Positions 1 to 12,752 of a DNA stretch of 32,000 nt are shown one piece after another. The first letter of the stretch is position 1. Each line of letters starts with the position of its first letter. The notes below the pieces were generated by a model. It ran no database searches and was not told where the DNA came from. It worked only from the letters and a program-made list of their open reading frames with translations. A program made the position numbers and the translations under genes. Source of the stretch: Pasteurella multocida (GTDB lineage Bacteria > Pseudomonadota > Gammaproteobacteria > Enterobacterales > Pasteurellaceae); NCBI RefSeq assembly GCF_900187275.1, contig NZ_LT906458.1, positions 1,200,001-1,232,000 on the forward strand, given 5' to 3'.

Positions 1-580
1 CTTTAGCCAGTTGCTCATTTGGAATAATAATCAGAGAATCGACGTGTTTAGAAAGTTCTTTAATCCCCATTTCAGCAAATAACATCCGTTTTTTGCCTTC
101 AAAAGAGAACGGTTTTGTGACGACAGCAACAGTTAAAATACCCAGTTCTTTAGCAATTTGTGCAACGATTGGCGCGGCACCTGTTCCTGTACCACCGCCC
201 ATGCCCGCTGCGATAAAGACCATATCTGCCCCTTCAAGCATCGCCCGAATAGCTTCTTGGTCATCTTCTGCCGCTTTACGTCCAACATTCGGATTGGCAC
301 CTGCACCTAAACCTTTTGTTGTTGAACCACCAATTTGGACGGTTTGCTGAACTTGGCTTTTACGTAAAGCTTGTGCATCCGTGTTCACAGCATAAAAAAT
401 AATTTTGCCATGTTCATCTGAATTCATGACTGCTTCATCTAAAAGTGTTCCACCAATATCATTTTTAATCATATTGGCTACCATGTGGTTAACAGCGTTA
501 CCGCCACCACCACCGACGCCCACAACTTTAATGAGAGCTCCGTCCATTTCACCAAGATCATAATCTACTGGTTCAAACAT
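1..580 (-). CDS. ftsZ: Cell division protein FtsZ, N-terminal part (3' part beyond window edge)
   Basis: Reverse-strand translation [34 protein letters not shown]...[24 protein letters not shown]...[49 protein letters not shown]; GGAG ribosome-binding site 7 nt upstream of the ATG at 580; directly downstream of ftsA. Confidence 0.97.
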   Translation of the reverse strand, partial: MFEPVDYDLGEMDGALIKVVGVGGGGGNAVNHMVANMIKNDIGGTLLDEAVMNSDEHGKIIFYAVNTDAQALRKSQVQQTVQIGGSTTKGLGAGANPNVGRKAAEDDQEAIRAMLEGADMVFIAAGMGGGTGTGAAPIVAQIAKELGILTVAVVTKPFSFEGKKRMLFAEMGIKELSKHVDSLIIIPNEQLAK

Positions 581-664
581 ATTCATTCTCCGTCAATGCT
601 AATTCTCTGCTAGCACATTATTAAAACCTAAATATTTCTTATTGTAGATGAAAAATAGGAATTC

Positions 665-1954
665 TCAAAACTCTGAACCTACTTTCTTTGCAATTTTTTT
701 CATTCCAGACCAAAGGGAACCAAAAAAACCACTTTCATTACTATAAGCATCATTAATTGGGCTTTCATCATTGCTACTATATTCATACTGTAATAAGCCA
801 AGTACTGTAGAATATTGCGGTTTTTTCTCTACGAGATGAGTAACCCCAGTAATATTGAGTGGATTACCAATACGTACATGCAAACCAAATACATCCGTTG
901 CACATTCTTTCAAGTCTTTAATTTGCGCGCCACCGCCGGTGATAACAATACCCGCGATTAACTCAAATTTCATTTGTTTACTTTCTAAATCATATTTAAG
1001 CTGAATGAGTTCTTCTTTGACTAATTCAAGAATCTCACGATAACGCCCCGCGGTAACATTAGATAAACGTGTTTTTGAACAACGCTCAATCACACTGCCA
1101 TCAATACTCATGACATCAAATTGTTCTTCTGGGTTTTGTCTTGGTGGTGTCACCGCACTACCGTATTTGACTTTAATATTCTCAGCTTCAACACGAGAGG
1201 TTGTTAAATCATATGCAATATCATCAGTCACACGATTGCCAGCATAAGGGATGACTTTACTAAAACGTAATGCGCCATTGGTATACACCATCACTTCCAT
1301 AGTACCTGCACCAAAATCAATCAAGCACACCCCTAAATCTTTCTCATCTTCAGTTAACACCGAATGGCTTGTTGCAATTCCAGAGAAAATCACTTTGTCA
1401 ATTTTCAGTTTACAGCGTTCAACCGCTTGACGTAAGTTATTTAGCCAATCCTGGTGGCAAGCAATTAAATGCACATTAGAAGTTAAACGACCACCTTGAA
1501 AACCCAGTGGATTTTTAATATTTTTTTGCTGATCAACGGCATATTCTTGTGGCAAACGATGCAACACCACTAATCCTTCTGGCATTTTGATTGAACTCGC
1601 TGTATGCAAGGCCGCATCAATATCTTCTTGTGTCACTTCTGTATCTGCAATCGGCGCAGCACCACTGTCATTCCAACTTTGGATATGTTGACCAGTTATC
1701 GCTAACGTAACACTAATAATTTCACAATCTGCCACCGACTCTGCTAATTCAATCGCTCTTTGTACTGAAGTCACAACCGCATTTAAATCGGTAATATTGC
1801 CCTTATCAATGCCTTTAGCAGGACAACTGCCTACTCCTAGAATATTCACTACGCCATCAGGTAAAAGTTCACCGACTAAAGCCACGACTTTAGATGTCCC
1901 CACCTCTAATCCAACAATAATTTTTGATTCCACAATTTTTGCCATTTTTATCAC
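665..1954 (-). CDS. ftsA: Cell division protein FtsA
   Basis: ORF with FtsA/actin-like motifs ([47 protein letters not shown]) and C-terminal amphipathic membrane-targeting tail; sits between ftsQ and ftsZ. Confidence 0.97.
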   Translation of the reverse strand: MIKMAKIVESKIIVGLEVGTSKVVALVGELLPDGVVNILGVGSCPAKGIDKGNITDLNAVVTSVQRAIELAESVADCEIISVTLAITGQHIQSWNDSGAAPIADTEVTQEDIDAALHTASSIKMPEGLVVLHRLPQEYAVDQQKNIKNPLGFQGGRLTSNVHLIACHQDWLNNLRQAVERCKLKIDKVIFSGIATSHSVLTEDEKDLGVCLIDFGAGTMEVMVYTNGALRFSKVIPYAGNRVTDDIAYDLTTSRVEAENIKVKYGSAVTPPRQNPEEQFDVMSIDGSVIERCSKTRLSNVTAGRYREILELVKEELIQLKYDLESKQMKFELIAGIVITGGGAQIKDLKECATDVFGLHVRIGNPLNITGVTHLVEKKPQYSTVLGLLQYEYSSNDESPINDAYSNESGFFGSLWSGMKKIAKKVGSEF

Positions 1955-1970
1955 TTTACATCGTCTAAAA

Positions 1971-2747
1971 CTAATTTATGTCAGCCTCTGAAAATCCTAC
2001 TGCTGCCCCAACACTATATCGCAAATCGACATAAGATAATTTTTTATTTTCAGGTATCTCAATTTGTGGGTAAATGGTCACAAAACGATCTAATTTTGCT
2101 TTCCATTCCCCTCTGCCTAATTTTAATACAAGATTATTATCAAGTACAATTTGCCATGCGCCGCGATCATCAATGGCGATTGCCTTTAGCGCTAACCCTT
2201 TCTCTTTTAAATTGAGATACACTTGATTCCACGCTTGTAATACTTTCGCACTTTGATAATCGGGTCCTGACAAGTGCGGTAAATTTTTTTCTTTTAATTT
2301 ATCAAAAGGTAATTGGAAAATCGCCCCATCGCTTGAGAGAAATTCAGCGTCATTCCAAATCGCAATTGGCGTATGTTCCGCTAAAGCAATACTGAGTTTA
2401 TCTGGCCATATTTTGCGTACCACCGCCCCTTTTATCCAAGGCATGGTTTCAATTTGTTCGCGTACGGCATCAATGTCTTGACCAAAAAAACCTTTTAAAT
2501 CGCCCATTTTCAATACTACATCACGAATATCATCGTAAGTGGTAAACGTCGGTGTTCCCGTTAAAATAAAGGCACTAATGGGTTTACTATCAAGTTTATC
2601 CATAAGCTGCTGCCAGTTTGCATAAGCATAAAAAAACACGGCAATACAACATAGCAAAAAGGTCAATTTAAGGTTCTTTATCATCCCTATCTTGGTCTCA
2701 TTGCTTTTTTTCACGCCCTGTGTTGTTTTACGTTTTAAGCCTTTCAT
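1971..2747 (-). CDS. ftsQ: Cell division protein FtsQ
   Basis: 258 aa, single N-terminal TM, POTRA/FtsQ-like region ([13 protein letters not shown]...[30 protein letters not shown]); position between ddl and ftsA; stop overlaps region adjoining ddl by ATGA-type coupling. Confidence 0.95.
   Translation of the reverse strand: MKGLKRKTTQGVKKSNETKIGMIKNLKLTFLLCCIAVFFYAYANWQQLMDKLDSKPISAFILTGTPTFTTYDDIRDVVLKMGDLKGFFGQDIDAVREQIETMPWIKGAVVRKIWPDKLSIALAEHTPIAIWNDAEFLSSDGAIFQLPFDKLKEKNLPHLSGPDYQSAKVLQAWNQVYLNLKEKGLALKAIAIDDRGAWQIVLDNNLVLKLGRGEWKAKLDRFVTIYPQIEIPENKKLSYVDLRYSVGAAVGFSEADIN
2272..2280 (+). repeat. DNA uptake signal sequence core
   Basis: AAGTGCGGT, in ftsQ, followed by AT-rich tract. 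Confidence 0.9.
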
Positions 2748-3673
2748 TCAGCACTCAACTCCAAAATCTTCACAACCAGTTGCTCAAATGAATAGCCGAC
2801 TGTTGCGGCGGATTTAGGAAATAAACTATGACTTGTCATGCCCGGGTTCGTATTCACTTCCACTAAACGGAACGCATCATTGCCATCTAACATCACATCA
2901 ATACGGCTCCAACCACGACATCCCACCACATCATAAGCTTGTTTCACCAATTGTTTTAATTCATCTTCACGTTCAGCACTTAAGCCAGATGGACAAAAAT
3001 ATTGGGTATTATCTGAAATGTACTTCGCCTCATAATCATAAAATTCACCTTCTGGCACAATACGAATAGAAGGTAGCACTTCATTATCTAATACAGGAAC
3101 CGTAAATTCGGCACCGGATAACCACTCTTCAATTAAGACCGTATCATCGTATTTTAAGGCAAAATCGACCGCACTTTTCAGATCTTCCACCCGTTTTACT
3201 TTGGTTAACCCTACACTAGAGCCTTCTAATGAAGGTTTCACCATTACAGGTAAGCCTAACTTTTCGACAACAGCACTAGGATTAAGTTCTCCCACATTGG
3301 CTTTTGTCACAATTTCCATCTCTGCAACGGGTAAACCAAAGGCTTTCCACAGCATTTTTGTTCGCATCTTATCCATTGTCAGTGCTGAGGTCATGACGCC
3401 ACACCCCGTATAGGGAATACCAATCTGTTCTAATAATCCCTGCATGGTGCCATCTTCACCGCCACGACCATGTAAAATATTAAAAACACGATCAAAACCC
3501 TGTTCTTTTAAAGTCGCTACAGGAAAAGTTTTCGGATCGATAGGGTGAGCATCAAAGCCAGCACTCAGTAACGCATTGAGCACCGCCTGACCTGAATCCA
3601 AAGAAACCTCACGCTCTGCTGAAGTGCCCCCTAATAACACGGCAATTTTTTCTTGTTTTAATGTTTTTTTCAT
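2744..3673 (-). CDS. ddl: D-alanine--D-alanine ligase
   Basis: ATP-grasp ligase motifs ([68 protein letters not shown]). Start chosen at 3673 (MKKTLKQEK) with AGGTGG upstream, instead of ORF start 3697. Confidence 0.95.
   Translation of the reverse strand: MKKTLKQEKIAVLLGGTSAEREVSLDSGQAVLNALLSAGFDAHPIDPKTFPVATLKEQGFDRVFNILHGRGGEDGTMQGLLEQIGIPYTGCGVMTSALTMDKMRTKMLWKAFGLPVAEMEIVTKANVGELNPSAVVEKLGLPVMVKPSLEGSSVGLTKVKRVEDLKSAVDFALKYDDTVLIEEWLSGAEFTVPVLDNEVLPSIRIVPEGEFYDYEAKYISDNTQYFCPSGLSAEREDELKQLVKQAYDVVGCRGWSRIDVMLDGNDAFRLVEVNTNPGMTSHSLFPKSAATVGYSFEQLVVKILELSAE
3168..3176 (-). repeat. DNA uptake signal sequence core
   Basis: ACCGCACTT on + strand, in ddl. Confidence 0.85.
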
Positions 3674-3681
3674 TGTACCAC

Positions 3682-5130
3682 CTATTCTTTGGTCCAAGTT
3701 TCTGCTAATTGACGCGCAATTTTACTCACATTACCCGCACCCTGTGCCAAAATTAAATCCCCATCTTGTAAAACTTGATCTAGAATCTCTCCTAACTGAC
3801 GATGATCAGAGACAAAAATAGGATCGACCTTACCTAAGTTACGAATAGAACGACACAAAGAACGGCTATCTGCGCCGGCAATCGGTGTTTCACCAGCCGC
3901 ATACACATCTAACATAATTAAGACATCCACTTGCGAAAGCACTTGGACAAAATCATCAAATAAGTCACGTGTTCTTGAATAACGATGCGGTTGAAAAATC
4001 ATCGCAATACGCTTATTTTCCCAACCTTGGCGTGCGGCTTGAATGGTCACGCCCACTTCCGTTGGATGATGACCATAATCATCAACTAACATCACTTTGC
4101 CATTTGGACGAATAAATTGACCAAGTTGATCAAATCGACGTCCTGCTCCTTGGAAATCGGCTAAGGCAGCAAGAATCGCTTCATTACCAATACCTTCTTC
4201 TTTCGCTACCACTAGCGCCGCCGTGGCATTCAATGCATTATGGCGACCCGGTACATTCAACAACACATCAATGCGCTCACCACTTGGTGTGATGACAGTG
4301 TAATGCCCTTGGAATCCTGTTTGCTGATAATCTTCAATGCGATAATCCGCTTTTTCACTGAAGCCATAGGTAATCACTTGGCGTCCAACTTTGGGTGTCA
4401 GTTCAGTTAATACATCATCATCCGCGCACAACACCGCCAGTCCATAAAATGGCAAATTATGTAAGAAATTCACATAGGTGTGTTTCATCTCTTCAAAACT
4501 GCCCTGATACGTTTCCATATGATCGGGTTCAATGTTAGTCACGACAGACACCATCGGCTGCAAATGTAAAAATGAAGCATCACTTTCATCCGCTTCGGCA
4601 ATTAAGTAGCGACTACAACCTAAATGGGCATTAGTTCCCGCAGACTTCACTAATCCACCATTTACGAAAGTCGGATCCAAGCCCGCTTCAGCATAAATCA
4701 TTGAAATCATTGCTGTAGTCGTCGTCTTACCATGTGTACCCGCCACCGCAATACCATGACGGAAACGCATAATTTCAGCCAACATTTGTGCACGCTGAAT
4801 AACCGGAATACGTCTTTCTTGTGCCGCGACGACTTCAACATTATCTGCTCTTATCGCACTTGACACCACAACCACACTTGCCCCATCGATATTCTCTGCC
4901 GCATGCGAGAAAGCAATCTTGGCACCTAAGGACGTTAAGCGTGCCGTGACCGCACTTTCCATAATATCCGAGCCAGTGACAAAATAACCTTCATTTAATA
5001 ACACTTCTGCAATCCCGCCCATACCAGCGCCGCCAATACCAACAAAATGGATCTGACGAACACGGCGCATTTCCGGGATCATATCTCTTACCCGTTGCTG
5101 AAAAGCTTTACCACATTTTGAATTCATCAT
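3682..5130 (-). CDS. murC: UDP-N-acetylmuramate--L-alanine ligase
   Basis: Mur ligase motifs ([51 protein letters not shown]). Confidence 0.96.
   Translation of the reverse strand: MMNSKCGKAFQQRVRDMIPEMRRVRQIHFVGIGGAGMGGIAEVLLNEGYFVTGSDIMESAVTARLTSLGAKIAFSHAAENIDGASVVVVSSAIRADNVEVVAAQERRIPVIQRAQMLAEIMRFRHGIAVAGTHGKTTTTAMISMIYAEAGLDPTFVNGGLVKSAGTNAHLGCSRYLIAEADESDASFLHLQPMVSVVTNIEPDHMETYQGSFEEMKHTYVNFLHNLPFYGLAVLCADDDVLTELTPKVGRQVITYGFSEKADYRIEDYQQTGFQGHYTVITPSGERIDVLLNVPGRHNALNATAALVVAKEEGIGNEAILAALADFQGAGRRFDQLGQFIRPNGKVMLVDDYGHHPTEVGVTIQAARQGWENKRIAMIFQPHRYSRTRDLFDDFVQVLSQVDVLIMLDVYAAGETPIAGADSRSLCRSIRNLGKVDPIFVSDHRQLGEILDQVLQDGDLILAQGAGNVSKIARQLAETWTKE
4949..4957 (-). repeat. DNA uptake signal sequence core
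   Basis: ACCGCACTT, in murC. Confidence 0.85.
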
Positions 5131-5140
5131 TTACACGTTC

Positions 5141-6205
5141 CTAATTTTGATTCGCTTCTTCGATAATCACTTCCGCGACACGTTGTGCGGCGAGTGGGGT
5201 TGCCATGGCTTTTGCTTTAATTGCCATTTGTTGCAAGGTTTCACGATCGAATTGCGTTAATACACTCACTAATTTCTCCGCAGTCAATTCTGCTTGTGGA
5301 ATAATGGTTGCCGCACCGGCATCCGCTAAATATTTCGCATTTAAATACTGTTGTTGATCTTTATGCTGAAATGGCACAAAAATCGCTGCTGCGCCTACTG
5401 CAGCAAGTTCACTTACGGTTAAAGCACCTGAACGACAAATGACGATATCTGCCCAAGCATAGGCGTCTGCCATATTATCAATAAATTCCGTGATGGTGAC
5501 TGAAGCATGTTCTGGATACAATGTCGTGACTTGCTCAACGGCACCTTGCCCAACTTGATGACGAACTTCAAGTTTGTCGGATAATTGTGCAATAACATTG
5601 GGCAACGTTTGATTAAGGACTCTTGCGCCCTGACTACCGCCTACCACGAGTACACGTAATTTCCCTTCTCGCCCTGCAAAACGTTGTTCTGGCGTAGGTT
5701 GAGAAAACAATGTTTGTCGTACGGGATTACCAACTACTTCCGCATTGGGAAACGCAGTTGGAAAGGCTTGTAAAACTCGTCTGGCAATTTTTGCTAACCA
5801 ACTATTGGTTAAGCCTGCTACCGCATTTTGCTCATGTAAAATCACAGGGATGCCACATAATTTTGCCGCAATGCCACCCGGACCAGACACATAGCCCCCC
5901 ATGCCTAATACAGCATGTGGTTGATAGGCTTTAATAATTTTACGTGCCTGTAATATTGCTCTAAAAATACTAAAAGGCGCACTCAGTAAAGCTTTTATCC
6001 CTTTACCGCGTAAGCCTGAAATTTGGATAAATTGAATAGGGATATGATGTTTTGGCACTAATTGCGCTTCCATACGATCCGCCGTCCCTAACCAACAAAT
6101 ATCCCACCCTTGTTGTTGTAAATATTGTGCCACCGCAATTGCAGGGAAGACATGCCCCCCGGTCCCGCCTGCCATGACTAATAATCTTTTCTTTTGTTCG
6201 CTCAC
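5141..6205 (-). CDS. murG: Undecaprenyldiphospho-muramoylpentapeptide beta-N-acetylglucosaminyltransferase
   Basis: MurG motifs ([72 protein letters not shown]). GTG start at 6205 ([10 protein letters not shown]) preceded by AAGGGA; the track's extension to 6259 is probably not translated. Confidence 0.95.
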   Translation of the reverse strand: MSEQKKRLLVMAGGTGGHVFPAIAVAQYLQQQGWDICWLGTADRMEAQLVPKHHIPIQFIQISGLRGKGIKALLSAPFSIFRAILQARKIIKAYQPHAVLGMGGYVSGPGGIAAKLCGIPVILHEQNAVAGLTNSWLAKIARRVLQAFPTAFPNAEVVGNPVRQTLFSQPTPEQRFAGREGKLRVLVVGGSQGARVLNQTLPNVIAQLSDKLEVRHQVGQGAVEQVTTLYPEHASVTITEFIDNMADAYAWADIVICRSGALTVSELAAVGAAAIFVPFQHKDQQQYLNAKYLADAGAATIIPQAELTAEKLVSVLTQFDRETLQQMAIKAKAMATPLAAQRVAEVIIEEANQN

Positions 6206-6258
6206 ATCCCGTCCCTTTGCTTTATGCACCCACAAAAACCACGTGATTTTTGCCTTCA

Positions 6259-6267
6259 AAGTGCGGT
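6259..6267 (+). repeat. DNA uptake signal sequence core
   Basis: AAGTGCGGT, murG-ftsW junction. Confidence 0.9.
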
Positions 6268-6282
6268 CGTTTTTTGTAAATT

Positions 6283-7473
6283 TTAATCATCCCGTAAACG
6301 TGCTTGCCCAATTCGCATTAATCGATTTTCATGATCAATTCGCAGTAACAAGCCAATGGTCATAGACATAATAATTAAACTGGAGCCACCATAACTGATG
6401 AGCGGAAAGGTTAAACCTTTGGTAGGTAACAAGCCGAGAGACATCCCTAAATTGACAAAACCTTGGAAGAAAATCCAAAAGCTGATACCAAAGGCAAAGA
6501 AACCTTTAAAGCGTTGTTCTAATAATAAGGATTCCCGCCCAATTTTCATGGCACGGAAAATTAACAGCCCGAGTAATATCACAATCACTAAAATGCCTAA
6601 AAAACCGAACTCCTCGCCCACTACTGCCATCACGAAGTCAGTATGCGCTTCAGGTAAATATTCTAATTTTTGAATGGAATTCCCGAGTCCTTCTCCTATC
6701 CATTCACCGCGCCCAAATGCCATTAAAGAGTTAGAGAGTTGGAAACCGGTACCGTAGGGATCTTTAAAAGGATCAAGAAAACCTGTGAAACGTTTTAAAC
6801 GATAAGCGGAAGATAAAACTAACCACACAAACAAAAGTCCGCCAAACGCCATTAAGCCAACAAACTGCCAAAAGTTAGCCCCAACAATAAATAATAGTCC
6901 GAAAGTAATCACAAAAAGAACGACGGTACTGCCGAGATCAGGCTGTGATAATAAAAAGAGTCCCATCAATCCCATCAACGCAAAGGGCTTAAATGCACTG
7001 AGTTTACGACTTCTCACCTCATCATATTTACGCGTAAAATAGCTGGCTAAAAAACACGTCAGCGCCAATTTCGCAAATTCTGCTGGCTGGAAGTTAAATA
7101 ACACCATCGGAATCCAACGACGCGCCCCATTTACGGATAAGCCAATGCCAGGAATAAGTACTAGAATCAACAGAAAAATAGCAAACGCAAATAAGCGGAC
7201 ATGCCATTGTTCCCATTTCTCCATTGGCACTTGCACACACAGATAACAGGTCACACAGGAAAGAAATACATAAATCGCATCACGCTTGGCGAAGTAAAAC
7301 GGATCTTTAAATAAGCGGGTTCCCACTGGAATAGACGCAGAAGAAACGGCCAATAAGCCAATTAAAAGTAAAACAAAAAAGAGCAACAGCAAGGCACGAT
7401 CGTATAACAAATTACTCGGTGTAATACGCGTCCAATCCTCATATTGCTGCTTTACTTTATCTAAAAATGGCAT
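6283..7473 (-). CDS. ftsW: Peptidoglycan glycosyltransferase / SEDS protein FtsW
   Basis: Polytopic SEDS protein ([47 protein letters not shown]). Confidence 0.96.
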   Translation of the reverse strand: MPFLDKVKQQYEDWTRITPSNLLYDRALLLLFFVLLLIGLLAVSSASIPVGTRLFKDPFYFAKRDAIYVFLSCVTCYLCVQVPMEKWEQWHVRLFAFAIFLLILVLIPGIGLSVNGARRWIPMVLFNFQPAEFAKLALTCFLASYFTRKYDEVRSRKLSAFKPFALMGLMGLFLLSQPDLGSTVVLFVITFGLLFIVGANFWQFVGLMAFGGLLFVWLVLSSAYRLKRFTGFLDPFKDPYGTGFQLSNSLMAFGRGEWIGEGLGNSIQKLEYLPEAHTDFVMAVVGEEFGFLGILVIVILLGLLIFRAMKIGRESLLLEQRFKGFFAFGISFWIFFQGFVNLGMSLGLLPTKGLTFPLISYGGSSLIIMSMTIGLLLRIDHENRLMRIGQARLRDD

Positions 7474-7484
7474 ACTGCTTTCAC

Positions 7485-8789
7485 CTAACTTAATTTTGCT
7501 AAACGTGTAAATTCATCACCACGTTGTTCGAAACTGCTAAACTGATCTAAACTGGCACAAGCAGGAGAAAGTAAAACCATATCACCTGCTGACAAGGTTG
7601 GGCGTAAGGCGTTGATCGCTTCTTCCATTGTGCTAAAACGTTGACTTCTTGGCGAGAGTGCTGCAAGTTGTTCGCCATCTTGACCAAAACAATAGCAAAT
7701 AATATTCGGTTGATTAATTAAACTGGCTAATTCCGAAAAGTCCGCACCTTTACCATCACCACCGAGTAACAAATGCAATGTCCCGTTTAACTGTAAGCCA
7801 GTTAATGCGGCAACAGTACTGCCCACATTGGTGGCTTTTGAATCATTCACCCAGCGTACACCATGGGCAAAATGAGCTAATTGGAAACGGTGATCTAGCC
7901 CGTTAAACTCACGCAATGCACGACGAATACTCTCTAATGGAATACCGGCAGCCTGTGCTAATGCGATGGCCGCCAGTGCATTCATATAGTTATGACGTCC
8001 AACTAATTTCATCTCATCACAAGCCAACACCCGTTCGTCTTTCGCCATCAAATATGACCGCCCTTTTTCGGTTTTTAACCAATAATCAGCATTGTCTTCG
8101 CCAAAGCTTACTCCATTTTTTAATCCGTCCATTGCGGTTAGTGCATCTTCCGCATTAATCACCGCAGTTTGGGCATGATGATAGATTTTTAATTTTGCTT
8201 GGCGATAGTCTTCTAAGTCCACATAGCGATTCATGTGATCTTCACTAATATTTAACACCGTTGCAGAAGTGGCTTTTAAGCTGTATGTCGTTTCTAGTTG
8301 GAAACTGGATAATTCCAATACATACATATCATGTGCTTGTTCTAATAACGACAGTGCAGGAATACCAATATTACCGCCCATGCCAACCTTCAAGCCCGCC
8401 GCATTTACCATGTGCGCAACAAGTGATGTCACAGTGCTTTTGCCATTTGAGCCCGTAATCGCAATAATCGGCTTTTTCGCTTCACGGCAGAACAGCTCAA
8501 TATCGCCAATCACCTCAATACCTGCTGCAAGTGCGGTCTGAATTTCTGGTGTTTTAACCGCTAATCCTGGACTAATAATAATCAGATCACTCTCGAGTAA
8601 CCATTGTTGGTTTAAACTGCCAGTATGCAACGGTACATTTTTTGCCAATTGTTCCGCCCCTGCCGGCTGCGTTCTCGTATCAATCACACGCACATCCGCT
8701 TGTTTTGCCAGTAGGAAATCAACACAAGATAGCCCTGTTTTCCCCAAACCAATCACGGTAACTTTTTTATTTTTATAAGACGTTTGCAT
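7485..8789 (-). CDS. murD: UDP-N-acetylmuramoylalanine--D-glutamate ligase
   Basis: Mur ligase motifs ([61 protein letters not shown]). Confidence 0.96.
   Translation of the reverse strand: MQTSYKNKKVTVIGLGKTGLSCVDFLLAKQADVRVIDTRTQPAGAEQLAKNVPLHTGSLNQQWLLESDLIIISPGLAVKTPEIQTALAAGIEVIGDIELFCREAKKPIIAITGSNGKSTVTSLVAHMVNAAGLKVGMGGNIGIPALSLLEQAHDMYVLELSSFQLETTYSLKATSATVLNISEDHMNRYVDLEDYRQAKLKIYHHAQTAVINAEDALTAMDGLKNGVSFGEDNADYWLKTEKGRSYLMAKDERVLACDEMKLVGRHNYMNALAAIALAQAAGIPLESIRRALREFNGLDHRFQLAHFAHGVRWVNDSKATNVGSTVAALTGLQLNGTLHLLLGGDGKGADFSELASLINQPNIICYCFGQDGEQLAALSPRSQRFSTMEEAINALRPTLSAGDMVLLSPACASLDQFSSFEQRGDEFTRLAKLS
8529..8537 (+). repeat. DNA uptake signal sequence core
   Basis: AAGTGCGGT, in murD. 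Confidence 0.85.
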
Positions 8790-8807
8790 AAGATATCGTT
8801 TTGTGTT

Positions 8808-9890
8808 TTAGCGAAGTTTTAAAGTAACGAGCCCAACAAGGACCAGCATTAAGGAAATAATCCAAAAGCGGACGATCACGCGTGGTTCTGGCCAGCCTTT
8901 TAACTCAAAATGATGATGAATGGGTGCCATACGAAAAATACGCTGTTTACGTAATTTATAAGACCCCACCTGTAAGATAACGGAGAGTGTCTCGACCACA
9001 AATACCCCGCCCATAATGACTAATAAGAATTCTTGGCGGACTAACACCGCAACCACTCCCAAGGCGCCTCCTAAGGCTAATGAGCCAACATCGCCCATGA
9101 AAACTTGCGCCGGATAAGTATTAAACCAGAGAAAACCAAGCCCTGCGCCCACAATCGCCGTACAGAACACCACTAATTCAGCACTAAATTTGATATAAGG
9201 AATGTGTAAATATTCTGCAAAATTCACGTTACCGGTTGCCCACGCAATCAACGCAAATGCTCCCGCGACTAAGACCGTCGGCATAATTGCTAATCCATCT
9301 AAACCGTCAGTGAGGTTGACGGCGTTGCTGGTTCCCACAATCACAAAGTAAGTCAGAATAATATAGAATAAACCTAATTGTGGCATGATTTCTTTAAAGA
9401 AAGGCACGACTAAACGGGTTGCATCCGTATCTTTCCCAATCGCATACATACCAAAGGCGGCAACAAGCGCAATCACAGATAACCAGAAATATTTCCAGCG
9501 TGCAATTAAGCCATCGGTATTTTTACGGGTAATCTTACGGTAATCATCCACGAACCCAATTGCCCCATAACCTAATAACACAAACAAGCTAAACCAGACG
9601 TAAGGATTCGCCAAATTCGCCCATAATAAAGTACTTACAGTAATCGCAAATAAAATCATGACACCGCCCATAGTTGGTGTGCCACGTTTACTAAAATGAC
9701 TTTCCGGTCCATCATGACGAACTTCTTGACCAAATTTGAGTAGCTGTAAACGACGAATGACTTTCGGACCAATCCACAACGAGACCAAAAGTGCGGTTAA
9801 TAACGCTAAAATGGCACGTACTGTGATATAAGAGATCACATTAAATCCGCTGTAATATTGTTGTAAAAACTCACCGAGCCAAACTAACAT
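8808..9890 (-). CDS. mraY: Phospho-N-acetylmuramoyl-pentapeptide transferase
   Basis: MraY motifs ([69 protein letters not shown]). Confidence 0.97.
   Translation of the reverse strand: MLVWLGEFLQQYYSGFNVISYITVRAILALLTALLVSLWIGPKVIRRLQLLKFGQEVRHDGPESHFSKRGTPTMGGVMILFAITVSTLLWANLANPYVWFSLFVLLGYGAIGFVDDYRKITRKNTDGLIARWKYFWLSVIALVAAFGMYAIGKDTDATRLVVPFFKEIMPQLGLFYIILTYFVIVGTSNAVNLTDGLDGLAIMPTVLVAGAFALIAWATGNVNFAEYLHIPYIKFSAELVVFCTAIVGAGLGFLWFNTYPAQVFMGDVGSLALGGALGVVAVLVRQEFLLVIMGGVFVVETLSVILQVGSYKLRKQRIFRMAPIHHHFELKGWPEPRVIVRFWIISLMLVLVGLVTLKLR
9789..9797 (+). repeat. DNA uptake signal sequence core
   Basis: AAGTGCGGT, in mraY. Confidence 0.85.
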
Positions 9891-11266
9891 ACAAAGTTTT
9901 CCCTTAAAGTATTAATCACATCCTCCATTTGCATTCGACGTGATCCTTTTGCTAATAAAACGATTTTTTGATTTTCTTTTAATTTTTCACTCAACAGTTG
10001 CGTTAGTTCACGGCACAACAACGCTTTATCCGTAAAATGTTTACCTAAACATGCTTGAGAAATCACCGCACTTTCGCTGCCAAACGAGTACACCCTCTCT
10101 AATTGCGCCGCTTTCGCACATTCCGCCACCTGTTGATGACAAATTTGGCTATTTTCGCCTAATTCTGCCATATCTCCAACAACTAAAATTCGAAATGCGT
10201 CATATTTTTGTAGAACACGAATCGCTGATTGTAATGAATCCACATTGGCATTATAAGTATCATCGAGTAATAAGAGATTGTCACAAGGTTGTACTGGATA
10301 TAACCGCCCTTTCACTTGTGTGCGAACTTCTAAACCTTGTTTGATTTGCGCTAATGTCGCCCCCACATTCATGGTTAACGCAGAGGCAGCTAAAGCATTT
10401 TTGACATTATGTTCCCCCAAATAAGGGAGATGAATCGTGGTTTTCCCTTGTGGTGTACATAAATCAAAAGTCGATCCCGCTTCATGAAATATAACATTAT
10501 CGGCATAAAAATCGGCTGTGTTATCTTGATAAGCGAAATATTGTACCGTGTGAACAGCAATATCCTGCGCCCACTTACTGCGATAATCATGCTCTTTATT
10601 GATAATCGCCACACCATCCGGCTGTAAACCACGATAAATTTCACCTTTGGCTGTTGCCACACCTTCAAGACTGCCAAAGCCTTCTAGATGAGCAGCAGCC
10701 ACATTATTCACTAATGCCACATTCGGTTGTACTAACCCCGTGGTATAAGCGATTTCACCTTGATGATTTGCGCCTAATTCAATCACCGCAAATTGATGTT
10801 GCTCGGTTAAACGCAATAAGGTTAAAGGCACACCAATATCATTATTAAAATTACCTTGTGTAAATAAAACCTGCTCAACACCGACCGCACTTTGTAGAAT
10901 GCTAGCGGTCATTTCTTTTACTGTGGTTTTGCCGGATGATCCTGTCATCGCTAGCGTGCGTGGATTCACTTGCTGTTTCACCCATTTAGCAAGTTCTCCA
11001 AGTGCAATGCGTGTATCCTTAACGATCAACTGCGGTACTGAAATTTGCGTATCCGCACGCTCAACCACAAGGGCGTTTGCCCCTTGTGCGACGGCTTTAT
11101 CTAAATAATTATGCGCATCAAAATGTTCACCTTTTAAGGCAAAAAAGAGTGAACTGGCAACACGCTGACGCGTATCTGTACTGATATTCTCTACAACAAC
11201 ATTTGCCTCGCCCACCAATTCGGCTTGTAAAATCGTTGCCAGTTGTTTTGTTGTTAATTTAAGCAT
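9884..11266 (-). CDS. murF: UDP-N-acetylmuramoyl-tripeptide--D-alanyl-D-alanine ligase
   Basis: Mur ligase motifs ([63 protein letters not shown]); overlaps mraY and murE. Confidence 0.95.
   Translation of the reverse strand: MLKLTTKQLATILQAELVGEANVVVENISTDTRQRVASSLFFALKGEHFDAHNYLDKAVAQGANALVVERADTQISVPQLIVKDTRIALGELAKWVKQQVNPRTLAMTGSSGKTTVKEMTASILQSAVGVEQVLFTQGNFNNDIGVPLTLLRLTEQHQFAVIELGANHQGEIAYTTGLVQPNVALVNNVAAAHLEGFGSLEGVATAKGEIYRGLQPDGVAIINKEHDYRSKWAQDIAVHTVQYFAYQDNTADFYADNVIFHEAGSTFDLCTPQGKTTIHLPYLGEHNVKNALAASALTMNVGATLAQIKQGLEVRTQVKGRLYPVQPCDNLLLLDDTYNANVDSLQSAIRVLQKYDAFRILVVGDMAELGENSQICHQQVAECAKAAQLERVYSFGSESAVISQACLGKHFTDKALLCRELTQLLSEKLKENQKIVLLAKGSRRMQMEDVINTLRENFVC
10065..10073 (-). 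repeat. DNA uptake signal sequence core
   Basis: ACCGCACTT, in murF. Confidence 0.85.
10884..10892 (-). repeat. DNA uptake signal sequence core
   Basis: ACCGCACTT, in murF. Confidence 0.85.
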
Positions 11267-12743
11267 GGTGATGATTTACCTTAAAATACTGTTGTACGGT
11301 TTCTTGATCAGAGAAATGCTGTTTCTGTGTGCCGATAATTTGATAGTCTTCATGCCCTTTTCCCGCAATCAGCACGACATCATCACTATCTGCTTTTTGT
11401 AATGCCTGAATAATCGCTTGATCTCGAGCGTGGCAGACCTCAACGTGTTGCGGATGTTCAAATCCAGCCAGAATATCTTGCACAATTTGCGCCGCGGATT
11501 CAGTTCGCGGATTATCATCTGTCACAATCACGTGATCAGCAAATTGCTCCGCAATTTTCGCCATGAGAGGACGTTTACCACGATCACGATCACCACCACA
11601 ACCAAACACACACCACAATTTCCCCTGACAATGTAATCGCGCTGCTTGCAAAGCTTTCTCTAACGCATCTGGCGTATGTGCATAATCCACAATCGCGGTA
11701 GGTTGGTTTGATGCACTTAATCTTTCCATCCGACCACACACCCCCGTTAATTGAGGCACCGTCTTCATGAGTGTTTCGATGTCATAGCCCAATGAAAGTA
11801 AAGTAGCAAACACCAACAGCAAATTACTAACATTAAACTGCCCTATCAACGCACTATGTAATTCGCCTTTTCCCCAACTTGATTCAAATTGAATTCGTGC
11901 ACCTTTCTGACTAAACTGAATCGCAGTTGCTTTCAACCAATGAGCTTGATGAGGTTGGAAATCTGTCTGACAGCTGACGGCTACTGCATTGGGTTGTTCC
12001 TGTAACCAAATTTGTCCGACGCTATCGTCTGCATTAATAATTTGGTGTCGGGAATTCAATTCAGTAAATAAGCGTTTTTTGGCCAACGCATAATTTTCCA
12101 TACTTTGATGATAATCCAAATGATCACGGCTGAGATTAGTAAAAATAGCAATATCAAAGGCTAACGCTTCAACGCGGTGCTGCACTAGTCCATGTGATGA
12201 AACCTCAATCGCGGCGAAATCTGCACCTCGCGTAACAAAATCCGCTAAAGAAGCTTGAACTTCCACCGCAGATCCAGTGGTATTGGTTGCTTCTTTCACC
12301 TGCCCCAACAACCCATTACCAATTGTTCCCATCACAGCACTGCGATGCCCCAGTAATGTTGTCCATTGCGCTAACAATTGCGAAATAGTAGTTTTGCCAT
12401 TCGTGCCCGTCACCCCAACCAAGGTCAATTTGTGCGACGGATTATCATAAAAAAGCCCCGCTAACGCAGAAAGGTGAGAGCCTAATTGATAAAACGAAAT
12501 GATCGGCACCCCTTGTTCTATTTTCGTACTCAAATGTTGCTGTGCATCCTCTGTTTCAGCCAACACCGCACTTGCCCCCTTAGCGATGGCTTGCGGAATA
12601 TACTGACGTCCATCAACTTGGTGCCCCTGTAATGCAACAAAAAGACAGCCTTGCTTTACAGCCCGACTGTCTAGAATCATTTCCGTCAATTCAATATTTG
12701 GGGCAAGTTCAACTTGCCCCAAAAGTGCGGTTAATCTTCGCAT
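11259..12743 (-). CDS. murE: UDP-N-acetylmuramoylalanyl-D-glutamate--2,6-diaminopimelate ligase
   Basis: Mur ligase motifs ([67 protein letters not shown]). Confidence 0.95.
   Translation of the reverse strand: MRRLTALLGQVELAPNIELTEMILDSRAVKQGCLFVALQGHQVDGRQYIPQAIAKGASAVLAETEDAQQHLSTKIEQGVPIISFYQLGSHLSALAGLFYDNPSHKLTLVGVTGTNGKTTISQLLAQWTTLLGHRSAVMGTIGNGLLGQVKEATNTTGSAVEVQASLADFVTRGADFAAIEVSSHGLVQHRVEALAFDIAIFTNLSRDHLDYHQSMENYALAKKRLFTELNSRHQIINADDSVGQIWLQEQPNAVAVSCQTDFQPHQAHWLKATAIQFSQKGARIQFESSWGKGELHSALIGQFNVSNLLLVFATLLSLGYDIETLMKTVPQLTGVCGRMERLSASNQPTAIVDYAHTPDALEKALQAARLHCQGKLWCVFGCGGDRDRGKRPLMAKIAEQFADHVIVTDDNPRTESAAQIVQDILAGFEHPQHVEVCHARDQAIIQALQKADSDDVVLIAGKGHEDYQIIGTQKQHFSDQETVQQYFKVNHHHA
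12568..12576 (-). repeat. DNA uptake signal sequence core
   Basis: ACCGCACTT, in murE. Confidence 0.85.
12723..12731 (+). repeat. DNA uptake signal sequence core
   Basis: AAGTGCGGT, 5' end of murE. Confidence 0.85.
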
Positions 12744-12752
12744 AATTTCTTC

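Noticed and set aside
93-350. Plus-strand ORF of 85 aa
   Set aside because: Antisense to ftsZ; proline/alanine-rich low-complexity translation with no RBS; shadow ORF.
1797-1991. Plus-strand ORF opposite ftsA 5' end
   Set aside because: Entirely antisense to conserved ftsA/ftsQ junction; no RBS or domain.
10390-10677. Minus-strand 95-aa ORF within murF
   Set aside because: Alternative frame of a conserved gene; no independent signals.
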